Shown: piece after piece, positions 12,277 through 24,135 of the stretch
Numbering within the stretch: position 1 is the first letter of the stretch
How the letters are laid out: the number at the start of each line of letters is the position of its first letter
Assembly (NCBI RefSeq): GCF_964355755.1
Contig: NC_092671.1
Location: 868,001 to 932,000, forward strand
DNA: 64,000 bases
Direction: 5' to 3'
DNA from: Antedon mediterranea
Lineage: Eukaryota > Animalia > Echinodermata
Notes under the pieces: model-generated
The model's database searches: none
What the model was told of the DNA's origin: nothing
What the model saw: only the letters and a program-made list of their open reading frames with translations
Program-made: the position numbers and the translations under genes

Positions 12277-14710
12277 GGTGTCTGATCATTTCGGCCGCCA
12301 GTCATTTCGGCCGCCGGTTATGGAACGCCTAAAATCATGAAACGCCAAAAAAAGACAAAATATGTATTGTTCATTTCGGCCGCCAGAATCGTCAATATTG
12401 TTAATAACGTATGGCACGCCTTAATTGTCAAAAAGGGTGTATACATGTGCCTATCGCCTGAATAGACGTGTGTAAATGGTGTCAGATGAAATCGATCGCG
12501 TTTGAAATCGGTCGCGATAAAATAAACATCCGGTATTTGGTATGGAGCGCCGCTAGATACGCTTTTTATCCTATTAGTTACGTTTGATATCGGTCGCGTT
12601 TTATTTTGGTCGCGCTAATTTGTATATGGCGCATTAGATACATTTTTAATGAAAACGTTCATTATGTTTTTAGTTAATTTTGAATATTGGAATTTCTAAT
12701 AATAGGCCTACTGTTTGACATTTTTTTAAACATCGATCGTTATTTTTTAATTACAGTAAATATAAATATTTATCTCATTATTTATAAATAATTTGTGTTT
12801 CCATTTTATCTTACAGGTTTTAATGAATTGTAATGTGTTCTCTTAGCATGACGTTGTTTAAGGTTTTGAAAATAAATAATAATTTAATAGTTAAACAAGT
12901 AGACACGCCTATTGCGTATTTTTTAATCACAGTTAATTACGAAACTCGTTCTATACCTGCAAGTGGATACCAGCTCAATGAGGTTTATGCAATAAAGGAA
13001 TTTGATGCATGATGATGGTGATGTGCGAGTATACACACATAGCCTGTTTTATATTATATGTATTCATACTTTTGCTATAATATATATAGAAAGAATCCAC
13101 ATGTACTGGAAGTAATAAACTGAATATCTTCTTTTTTAAGACAAAATGTATAAATAATCATGTTAGAAAAACAGTATCGCTTTTTGATGATGAACAACTC
13201 TAAAATGTATATAGGAAATGTTTTTTTTTTATTTTGTATCTATTATGTTGTGTTTATTGTTTTATGTTTTTTATGTAAAAGGGTCCTGCGAAAACAGAAG
13301 TGTAAACTTCTCTATGCAGGATCCTTGCCATCATTTATGCTATGAAACTGTATTTATAAACGATGAGTAAATAAATGTGAATTGAATTGAATTGAATTGA
13401 TGATGATTTTTGTATCCGATATCCGCCACTCTGACGTGAGCATGGTTTAGGATAATAATAAAATATATAGATAATATTCCGTTATAAATCAATCTACCAG
13501 CCCTACAGTAGGTCTATGATGTACAATGATAGATGTGAGAATAATGTATGGATAATAAAGGTGGACACGATTCTCAAAGAGGTACTATATATTTAAACAT
13601 TTAGATTTACGAACGTCGTATGAATGTTATGTGAGACTACTTACTTAATTATTTACATTAAATGATTATTGTAAATAAAGAAATAAAAGATATTTTTCAA
13701 ATTAAAATCTTAAATTATATACATCGTTTCACAAAAACACGTGCAGGAGGCCTATAGACGTTTTAAAAGTATGGTTATTAGTAATAGACGTCATCTTTAC
13801 CTGGCCATGGACTACGATCGTACGTGTTTTGTCCATGATTTGACACGCTAACAAGTGCGTGCTTTTTAAAAAGGGGAAACCCCGTCAGCAAAATAACGCA
13901 TTGTTAGAGGAAACAGCTGCACGATCATAGAAAGCGCATCTCCCCCAATACGGCTTATTCGGGGGTTTATTTCAGTAACTCGCCTTTTAACCATCCGCAT
14001 ATAATGATCATTTTTACTAACAACTATTTTAAACATAACATTAGAAATAAAAGTATACACGTGATTTGTCTCAACAATTATTATTATACACTTAATATTA
14101 TCCTACATAACGGATGTAAATAAAATTAAAAAATTAAAATTAGGTGATCGAATAGTAGGTTATGTTGTTAACGACATGATATAATCTGCCACACAGTATG
14201 CATAAGTATAAAAATGGATACGCTGGCTTTACGGGCTATACATTGTAACAATTATTGTTTTTAAATAAATTGTTCTCTTTTACGTAATTGTTTGCATAAT
14301 AAAAGACAGACGTATATTCCCTAAGCCTATATAATATATTAATTACAATACATATAAATAGAGGTAAATTATTATATGCCTGATATAATATTATACCTAA
14401 TTGGTTGGGGTTGGGCTCAGTCAAGAAGAAGCCGGCGAATGATAGTAAAATAGCGCAACTCTATACAAATCAAAAAGTATGATCGTTTTTGTTGATTGCT
14501 GCTTGCTGTTTGAATACGCACGTCTATTCAGGCGATAGGCACATGTGTATACACCATTTTTTATAATTGAGGCGTGCCATACATTAACAATATTGACGAT
14601 TGTGGCGGCCGAAATGAACAATAAATATTTTGTCCTTTTTGGCGTTTCATGATTTTAGGCGTTCCATAACCGGCGGCCGAAATGACTGGCGGCCGATATG
14701 CACTGTGACC
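12277..14710. mobile_element. 2.4-kb non-autonomous DNA transposon with ~200-bp TIRs and a perfect 8-bp TSD
   Basis: 12277-12470 is the reverse complement of ~14518-14710 (repeated CATTTCGGCCGCC motif). GGCCTACC is duplicated at 12269-12276 and 14711-14718. No transposase ORF. Confidence 0.88.
13260..13402 (+). mobile_element. LINE/SINE 3' end nested in the 2.4-kb transposon
   Basis: Stem-loop GGGTCCTGC...GCAGGATCC followed by AATAAA and an (ATTGA)n tail. Confidence 0.55.
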
Positions 14711-15124
14711 GGCCTACCCCATGTTCAATGTTTTTGTTTCTATGGAACGTCAAAAGAGCAAAAATTATATAGAGGGCTGAAAACTCTGTGGAGTCCATCT
14801 ACAGTGTGGATGGAACAATGTAAAATTAAAATTGTAATGATAATAGTATAATCATGCAAATACGAGGAAATAAATACTGGCAAATAAATTTTAATTAAAA
14901 AATCATGATAAGTTTTTTTGTTTCGTTTTCTTTCTGTTTTTATACTTGTACTATTATTGTTGCTCTTTTGGCGCTCCATAGAAACAAAAACATTGAGCAT
15001 GGGGAGCTCGAGGAGTTACATTACAGATACAAAGAAACACATCTGTAAAACCATAAATTTAAAGGATTTATTTATTTGTTATTATGTGTTTCTCCTTCTG
15101 AAAGTACTTATAAGTCCTAATTTT

Positions 15125-15740
15125 TTTTCTCCCTTACCCTGAACGTTTGAAACGCCTTAATCTGATGTCCATTAACAATCGTATTAGGTATTTATGTATT
15201 AATTTTGTTACCAAATGTATATACAAATTATATGATGTTAATGTTTTTAAATATTTATCTATTAATTGCAGACATGTTGATAACCTTAAGTTGCGCAATC
15301 ATTTTATAGCCCGGACTGATTTATTTCATAATTCTGTCTTTAATTTTTTTGTTAGACATTTTAGAGATCTGCCTACGGATATCTGCGACCAACTTTTAAT
15401 TAATATAAACTGTTTTAAGCATAGCCTTAAGAAATATTTTAATAATCTGTTTTAATCTGAACATATGTATATTTTAAAGATATTTTTAAATTCTATCTTT
15501 TTAAATTAACAATTTTTTTTATAAAAACCCATTGCTAAATTTTATAGTTTTATCTAAATTTTAATAGAACCCATGTATTATTCATTTTATGGAAGTATTT
15601 CTATGTGGAGAGCCTCTCGACGGTTATTTTTATTTATAACTTTTGGGTTATCCGGCCTCATTGACTTACTTTTGTATTGTTTTTTTTGTACTGTTCTGTA
15701 TATTGGCGAAATAAATGATATGATATATGATATGATATGA
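15125..15740 (+). mobile_element. 5'-truncated non-LTR retrotransposon (CR1/L2-like ORF2 C-terminus plus 3' UTR)
   Basis: PYPERLKRLNLMSINNR...FVRHFRDLPTDI...NCFKHSLKKYF resembles the post-RT tail of CR1/L2-group ORF2; ends in AATAAA plus an (ATATG)n tail. Confidence 0.7.
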
Positions 15741-16054
15741 GGGTTGTTGAGGAAAATGTTTTATTTACATGATTTGAACAATCTTATGTAAAGTGTTGAC
15801 CGCGAATGACTAAACACACCATCTTCTCCATAATACACCTGCACAAACTCATTTGCATAACAACGCACGGCATACCAAACTGTTTAAAATAGAGCTGAAA
15901 GTTTCTCCTGAAATTACATCTATTATTTTTTTCAAACAACATGTACAAGAATCTTCAGTACCCCACCATGCTTGGGGCTGAGCAAATTTCGAGAAATAGA
16001 GCTGCATTTTGAATTCCAGAAGTATATTTTCTCAATATTTTTGTATGCGACTAT

Positions 16055-16470
16055 TTCGATGTGCTCAACTGGAGCCAAATTACTGTCCACTTGAGCACAG
16101 TCCATACGAAAAGATATTAAAATTCAGTAACTTATTTCTATCACTGTGCTCCACTGGTGCCAAATTGGGTCCACTTGAGCACAGCTTATTACATACGAAT
16201 GACATTTTAACATTTTAGTGATTTTATTTCTATTTTATATCCCTCTGTGCTCCGCTCGTGCCAAACTGGGTCCATTGAGCTCAGTGTATTAGATACAAAT
16301 AGTATATTAAAATGTAGTAACTTATTTCTATTTTATATCACTGTTTTCCCCTCCTGCCAAATTGGCACTTGAGCACAGTGTATTAAAATACGAAAATATA
16401 TTTAAATTAGTGACTTATTTCTATTTTATATCACTGTGCTCCACCGGTGCCAAATTTGATCCACATTTGA
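16055..16470. repeat. Degenerate ~100-bp tandem repeat inside a transposon-like arm; inverted partner at ~11085-11260
   Basis: Recurrent CTATTTTATATCACTGTGCTCC..GTGCCAAATT..CCACTTGAGCACAG. Confidence 0.75.
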
Positions 16471-17403
16471 TACACATTTCTATTTCTGAAGAAAATAAAG
16501 GCATAAATGGCGCTCCGTAGAGAAGTAGAGAATGCTCCATCGTTAGAATGACGCTCTGAAGAATATACTTCATCAATGATACAATTAAAAGATAAAGTAC
16601 CATATCTCAACTATAGGTGGCGCTATGGATATATTCATGGCTGGATGATGATTTTACAGAACTTGACGACGATTTGAACAAATGACGTAATGAGGCGGCA
16701 TCGCAATCGAAAGCTCCGTCAATCAATTGTCATTTTATTATTAATAATTTATTTTACATAAATCGGCAGGCTGACATAGTGAACAGTACTGTCACGCCCA
16801 GATTGAAGTTAACTATATGGCTACTGAAGAACGCAATTAAAAGTATACAGATATATAATATTAGCAACTGAATGTATTTATTTCTTTGTCCGCCGGTCAC
16901 TTCTTCGTGGACTTGTTCACTACCAATTACAATCATAAAAAATCATGTGTTTACTCGGCTTGGTTTACTACATATGGTGGTGGTGGTACCAACTTCAGCC
17001 CAACGGGCAGCAAATGGTCAATCTGTATTATTGCTGAGGTGCGACACCTCCCTTCTCTACAAGGTTGATGTGAGGTGTAATTACTACGTTCCTCCGCAAT
17101 TCTTTTATACGGTAATACACCTGACTAGTTCTATGCAAATTACCCTTTGCGTTTAACTTTAAATACCCGTCACTTTTGACTGTGACAATTCCGAAGGTCC
17201 AGATTCGTGCCTGATGAAATTGATAACAAGCCTTCCTACAAGATGAGTATTGATCCGTAATATTTACAATTCAAAATCATATTGCAATATTTATAATCTG
17301 ATAACAAGCCATGTCTATTAATTCTCGTATCACCAACATAGAGAGTAGGCTACATTTACGACGAAGTACAAAGTCCCAATTTATCAAGTTTATTGACATC
17401 ACG

Positions 17404-19264
17404 ATGGACGGTTGTCAGCTGAAAGGCTGCATTTTGCTCCTTTTCACACTTTATTACTATAAATGCCAAGGTAAAAATTATTAACATTAAAACTTTTTAA
17501 AATATATTATTACAATTTTAAACGTAGAAATATTTGTTGTGTGTCATGTTTACGCACGCAAAAGTATTGTCTGACCAGCCATTCCGTATACCATTGTATA
17601 TGTATATTTCAATGATATGCAGTAAAAACATGTTATTTTGTGTTAATGCCATACGTTGCTTAATAATAATGTTACGTTGCTTAATAATAATGTATCAGCC
17701 CACTTAAGCTTGGTTCCCACTGGGACCCGCAATGCAAGTAAGAAAACGTAACACATTTGACCAATCGCAGGCGGTAAGTTATCCAAAGTCGATTTGGTCA
17801 ACTCCCTTGCGTTGCGTCTTCGGAAACGTTAGAAGCAGAAGTTACAACGTCTTTACGCCAAAACACAAAACTCACAATATGTACACAAATAAAATTATTT
17901 ATATATGTATTAGCTTAGTATATTATTATAGTACCTTAAATAAATCGTTTTCTATTATAGGCTATGAATTACAGCCAAGAGTGAGTTACTTACGGCCAGA
18001 ATACTGTGCAGCTGATCATACCAGTAAAATTCACTTTGAACAGACTTTACAACTAAGATTTGACAATGTTATGCCTAATACCCCACTCTATACAACGATT
18101 TGTTCGATAAAATTAATCTGTTTAAAGGAAGTGTCCATCGGTCTTACGGTCACGTTAAACGATGGTGAATTCGATGAAAACGGCAATCAAGTATGCGATG
18201 AAGGCAATTACATACAGGTGGCTGATTCTTTATATAATACTTTACATACCTGGTGCAGAAACAGTGACCGCTACGTGTATACTAATAAGTCAGAGGTTTA
18301 CATGACACTTCATCTGAGCCGTTTTTCAAGAGTGTCGTCATTTATAATTACTGCTTATGAATATAAACTAGATGAACCTGCATTAGGTGAGTTTGTTCAC
18401 TTTATAGAAAAGAATGTATGTGTGTTTTTAATATTGTGTTATATCTGTGGTATGGTTTCCGTAATTAATGTCATTTGATACGCCCATCTAAACAATGATA
18501 CATAAAATATAGCAGTTAATTATGTCTCAACCGTAGATTACCGACCGAATGTTTTTGTTTTTATAATAAGTGATATTTTATTGTAATTTTGTATTAATAT
18601 TTTGATTGTATGTTCTACCTTTCTAAATGTTTTTTTTATATTTCTATATTGCATTTTATTTTTCCTAGTGAAACGCTTTTGTTAAACTTCAATCCTTCGT
18701 TTGATTGCAATAAAGTTCTATTCGTATTCGTAATGAATCTTTTCAAAGCATGATGAAACACCTTTTGCATGCGCGCGCACCAACATTTGAATTGATTCGT
18801 TATTTTGTTATATTTCAGATCCGTCATTACTTGCCATGTATATCATGATGGGCGTCATAGCTGTGTTTTCTTTCTTATTATTATGTTGCATATGTTGCTG
18901 TAAACGAAGTCCGAATCAACCACATACCACCACCACCACCACCACGAACATACTGACAGTAATCGACCCTACTGGCCCATCTCCACATTCTCCCCACCCC
19001 ACAGACAACTATACCCCACCCTCTTACTCAACAGCAGTAAATTGGTCATCAGAAGATGACATAACAGAAGCTCCGCCAAGTTACGATCAAGTATTGGCAT
19101 CTAACGGGTCAGCAATTGGTAAGAGCCAGCACCAGGGCAGCAAGCGTGGACCAACACATTTAAGTATAATTATACCACCGCCATCGGGTAATGCTGAATC
19201 GTCACCTACTCGTTTAGAAACATATTCAACTGTTGGATTGCAAACTGAATTACCGGTTAATTGA
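17404..19264 (+). CDS. Type-I membrane protein, 312 aa: signal peptide, CUB-like domain, TM helix, Cys cluster, two PPxY motifs (exons 17404-17470, 17961-18386, 18819-19264)
   Basis: MDGCQLKGCILLLFTLYYYKCQ-G|gtaaa; tatag|GC TAT..TTA G|gtgag; ttcag|AT CCG. All junctions are phase 1 and total 939 nt. CUB-like pattern (CSIKL..VCDEGNYIQVAD..TWCR..VYMTLH..FIITAY); TM YIMMGVIAVFSFLLL; CCICCCKR; PPSY twice. Confidence 0.82.
17705..17825. mobile_element. MITE family C fragment (Harbinger-like)
   Basis: TAAGCTTGGTTCCCACTGG start, TGACCAATC and TTGCGTTGCGTC shared with 21545-21693. Confidence 0.55.
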
Positions 19265-20184
19265 TCGATTTAGATTAAATACAATTATAAAGCCTAGTCC
19301 TGCACTAGCGAACTTTACCGAATGTTTGTTTGCAAACAAACATACTTTATGTAGACTTCTGTAAACTTGTTTTCTGTAGTTTTCCCTCCCCACGTATACT
19401 ATTATTTTTGTTTTAATGGAAGAATGAACGTTTTATTTAAATTTCATTTTCTGTTTATAAACTTTTTTTTGTAACTACTTACTGCTTACTAAGACCGCTT
19501 ATCACTTAATATGCACATGTTCACACTGTTAAAATAGGCGATATTAAAATATTTTTGTAGTGGGTTGTCCAGCAAGGATAAAATAATAATTTACCTTTAC
19601 GCATACGAATTGTTTTTGCGGACAACATGATTTTATACCAACCATTACTTACTTAAGGATAAAGACTTTCGAACATTAATAAGTAAAGACTCGGTTCATC
19701 TGTATGATAGTGTTTATTATCTAATCAAATTCAACTAAACTTTTTTTTAAATTCCCCCTTCCCGGAAGTTATGAACAAGATAAATACAAAAAAAGGATGT
19801 CTGTTTGTTATAAATAAGTTACCCCCAATAAATGAAAACCTATTCTAGGTTAGATATGAAGGATTTTATATGGCAGCTAAAATTGCTTTAAAATATTGTT
19901 TTTACTATATTAATCTACTATTTACACTGCATACAAATGTGCTAAAAATAGATTGCACCATGGGAAGTTCCCATATCATTTTGTTTCTGCTCAACAGAAG
20001 TTTTAAACTAAAGAGGGCAGCAAATATACTTGGTTACTGATTATGTTGCATTTATATTACGCTTATTTTCTTTACTTTTTATATTAAAGCGTTTGTTGTT
20101 CTTGTTTGAAAACTTATGATGTATTTTGTTTTCTCGAAACAGTCTTTTAGCTCATTGACCACTGAATGTTGAATGCCGATACGT

Positions 20185-23073
20185 TTAATCCATTGGAGCT
20201 ATCACCCGGTTTATAAATTCTGGAGAGAAAAAAAAAGAGAAATTCAAGTTTTCTGTAACGTTAATACATTTCTTTACATTTACTCTAACTTATCTGCATT
20301 ATCACACAACCGTCTTTCCATTCCACTTCAACGAATCATCATAGTAAATATCTTTAGGTACACCGTTTCCAAAAGGAAATAATGTAAAGTTTCTCGATTT
20401 TTCGGTTGGTATGACAACTGTTTTTTCCTCTTCAGAAGATGGTTGTAGTGTGTATCGATATTTTGGTAGCATAACAATCGAAACGTCGACACATATACAT
20501 ATATTTTATTTCATTTAGGAAACACATGGTGTTAGTGCAAAACTAACTTTATTCGTCATCGTTATAAATAAATTAATATCTTTAAAAAACATCTTTCCTC
20601 TTTTAGTTATTGACAACAAACACTCCAAATCATGTTGTTTTACTAAACTTTAGGCCTAACCTTTACTATTAACCTTTAACCTTTACTATTACCTTTAACT
20701 TTTACTATTAACTTTAACCTTTACTATTAACCTTTAACCTTTACTACTAACCTTCATATGTAATTTCTCCTTCAGAGTTTTCTAAGCCAGCCAATAATGA
20801 TTCAACATCTTCGTCTGATAGTTTCTCACCTGAAAAATAAAATACTAAAAATAGTACTATGTCCCAGAAAAATCGTATCGACATAATATGTCCGGTCTAT
20901 TTTCGTAAAAAAGGGAGAGTTTCTTCAAGATTTAGTACACGTTTTAGTGGCAATAAAGACTGTCCTTTTGTCATCTTAATTTGTAATATATTCTTTTTAT
21001 AATTTTTACACTTTGTCAATAAATTGTTTAACTATTGTTTCTTGAAATTAATTCTTCTTGTAACGGCTTTTCCAATTTGTTCGTGTTGTTTTAATTTTGC
21101 AATCTAACCGTTTCAGCTTTGGCTGTCGGTGTGGACAAATTTGATGTTTTTAATCCGATGGTATTTTGCATTTTATAGGCGCGCGCGATGATGAAATAGT
21201 ACGGTACGAGAATAAAAAGTATTGTTAGATATAATGTATTATTGTTGAATTTCAATTTAAAATATATTTACCGAGCGATGTGAGAATCCTCCGCAACTCA
21301 GCTCCTGTGATGATACCGTTACCTTCCTTGTCGAATACTCTCATACACTCCATATAGTCTTCAGCACATCCCTGATCTTTACTCTTTGCCAAGTCTTGCA
21401 GTTGGGCTAAGAATTCCTCGAATGATAAACGGGTGGCTATACAAAATGAAACGACTCGTTGATATTATTATCAATGTTTGTTAAACAGACAATCGATTGG
21501 ACGAATTAAAAGGGCGCACGCGCGCTCTTTAACAAGCAACCAATGATTGGTTCCCAACCAACGACGTAGAGGCGTAACACGAGTGAGTTGACCAATGACA
21601 AGCGGCAGATGATCCATCGCGCCATGATTGGTCAAATTACGTGCGGTGCGCGCGCTTACGTCGTTGCGTTGCGTCCAATGGGAATCAAGCTTACTTACTT
21701 TCATCAGCATCGGGTCCAGTAACCTTCTTGATATCTGCAAGGGTTGGGTTCATTCCAAGTGAGCGGGCAATGTCACCGACAACCAATGCAGATACTTTGC
21801 TGTCACCGATGGTGTCAAACAGCATAAAGCATTCACGGTACTCTATATTCAAATATAAATATTGATCATATTACATTTGTTCCATTTATTATAATTAGTA
21901 ATATCATATATATTTTGGTTTAGTTACATACACGATTATTAGGTAAATAGATTTTAATAATGAATGCCTACACAGCTGAAGTAATCGTATAAGAGGCCCA
22001 CATGGCTTGAAATCTTCGTTAAAATTAAAAATACACCAGACGAAAAAAAAGTAAAACAGACTCTTGTATTATTTCTCATAGTGTATATAGGCGTCCTGTG
22101 AAATAAGCGGCGTATAAAATGCTCGCGACTATCGTTTTAGAACTATATAACTGGTCTACACCGAATGTAACATCAGAAGAGAAAACATTTCAACTAAATC
22201 ATTCATGTCAATCTTTCACAATTGCGTCCTATAACTCATCCCCAAATATGGGCACGGTTACAATAGCCATTCAGCGACTGTGATTGTGAAATATTATAGG
22301 TGTGAGCTTTCCACCAATCAACGCCATGTAAAGTACCACGTGATGAAACTCTTTTACATAATTAATTAGGAGCGAACGAATTGGTCAGCGGCGTATTTAT
22401 CGACAAGGATTCAGGAATACATAATTATTTATCTAATTTTTATGTTATATTTTATTGTTTTTATACAAGTTCTAAACTAATAAAAATTTAAATCTTACCG
22501 TCCTTCATGTCTTCACAGAATTCGAAAGCCTTGAAAAATAATTGTATAAGTTTTTAGTTAGCTGTTAAGTGTTATATAAAAAAATGTTCTAAATATGAAA
22601 GATATCAAATATGGATGCCTTTAGATCATCAGTATCAACCTACAAAATAGTAATCTAACATACATGTTAAACTAATGACGGTACATACACTTCAAATGCA
22701 GGGGATATGTTTAGATACGATTGCCGACGAGTATGAACAAATTTACTCTAGTAAAGTAAAGTACTCTAGTATACATTCAACTATGAATGAAATAATTCCT
22801 CCATCCATGATTTAACTATAGTTATTGAACTTATGGACTGACTGATATACTTAATATATCTAAGTCTATACACATCATATTCTCAATTGATTGAGAAATC
22901 CATCGATAATGTGTAGTAGAATACCCATTCAACAAATGTTTCAATTTGTTCGCAATTTCTCGTAACCTGAATTCTTACAATCGTTGTCTAAATATAAAAG
23001 CTAAAAGTGACTGAATTTAAACTAAGCATAGTCCTATACAATACAGTCCTATCCATATTACAACACTTACCAT
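20185..23073 (-). CDS. Myosin essential (alkali) light chain, MYL6/Mlc-c-like, 151 aa (exons 23071-23073, 22499-22529, 21699-21842, 21272-21436, 20752-20829, 20185-20219)
   Basis: Spliced product [51 protein letters not shown]...[90 protein letters not shown]. All GT/AG junctions in phase (456 nt). ATG-only first coding exon is typical of the calmodulin/MLC family. Missed by the ORF track. Confidence 0.93.
20657..20751. repeat. ~20-bp AACCTTT/ACTATT minisatellite abutting the MLC exon 5 donor
   Basis: TAACCTTTACTATTAACCTT units, ~5 copies. Confidence 0.85.
21545..21693. mobile_element. MITE family C copy in MLC intron 3
   Basis: TTGGTTCCCAA...TTGCGTTGCGTCCAATGGGAATCAAGCTTA; internal TGACCAAT/ATTGGTCA inverted pair. 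Confidence 0.65.
22242..22251. promoter_or_regulatory. Candidate CArG box (SRF site) in MLC intron 2
   Basis: CCAAATATGG matches CC(A/T)6GG; CCAAT (22314-22318) and E-box CACGTG (22337-22342) lie nearby. Function not shown. Confidence 0.4.
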
Positions 23074-23213
23074 TTTATATAATGATGTAATTTATAAAAC
23101 TTAAATCTCCCAAAAGGACTTGGTACTTGTTTACACCAGTCAACGGACCCGACTACTGACAAGCAAGAGAATCTCAAGTCACACGACACATTCGTCGCAA
23201 TCTGCACCGAGTG

Positions 23214-23221
23214 TGACGTCA
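23214..23221. promoter_or_regulatory. CRE palindrome in putative MLC proximal promoter
   Basis: TGACGTCA ~140 bp upstream of the ATG exon in a locally CpG-rich stretch. Confidence 0.45.
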
Positions 23222-23384
23222 CAAGGATGTTAGCAATGCGCGGAATTTGACGACGTACCCGGGAATGTCCCGTTATGGAATAGGAAGGCTAACCCTGGAC
23301 ATGCTCTGTTGCGTAGTCGGCGGATAAAATAATTTAGGGTACTTTGTCTACAACAAATCTGTCACAGCTTGATTGATTTGTAAT

Positions 23385-24135
23385 CATTTAGCAATCAAAT
23401 AGTAATTTCGATTTACAGCCAGTCTACTCGGCGTAATATTAGGGTGTAATACCAAGTATACAAGATAGAATAGACGCGGTTTAGCAGTCATTAGTAATTT
23501 CGAATTATTACGTCAATAATAACGGCGTAATGTTGGCGTAATACAAAATATGTACACATCAAATAGATAGGATAGACGCATACGTTAGCAATCAAAATAG
23601 TAATTTCGATTTACAGTTAGTCTACTCTTATAACGGCGTAATATTGGGGTAATACAAAGCATAATATGCACACATCAAAAAGATAGGATAGACGCATACG
23701 TTAGCAATCAAAATAGTAATTTCGATTTACAGTTAGTCTACTCTTATAACGGCGTAATATTGGGGTAATACAAAGCATAATATGCACACATCAAAAAGAT
23801 AGGATAGACGCATACGTTAGCAATCAAAATAGTAATTTCGGTTTACGTCAATAACAGTTTATTCTTATAACGGCCTAACGGCGTAATGTTGGCGTAATAC
23901 ATAGTATATACACGTCAACAACTTCGCAAGATAGGATAGAGGCGGTTTAGCAATAAATTAGTAATCGATTCACATCAATAATAGTCACTTATTATAACGG
24001 CGTAATGTTGGCGTAATACATAGTAACACGTCAACAACTTCGCAAGATAGGATAGAGGCGGTTTAGCAATAAATTAGTAATCGATTCACATAAAAAATAG
24101 TCACTTAGTATAACGGCGTAATGTTGGGGTACGAT
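23385..24135. repeat. ~116-bp degenerate tandem repeat (~6-7 copies) upstream of MLC
   Basis: TTAGCAATCAAAATAGTAATTTCGATTTAC...TAACGGCGTAAT...GATAGGATAGA recurs (e.g. 23581, 23697, 23813). Confidence 0.9.

Noticed and set aside
17732-17960. N-terminal part of the 248-aa ORF
   Set aside because: Intronic read-through including a MITE fragment; the real exon starts at the 17961 acceptor.
21471-21865. ORF-track proteins of 89 and 74 aa
   Set aside because: Wrong frame or antisense over MLC exon 3 and a MITE.
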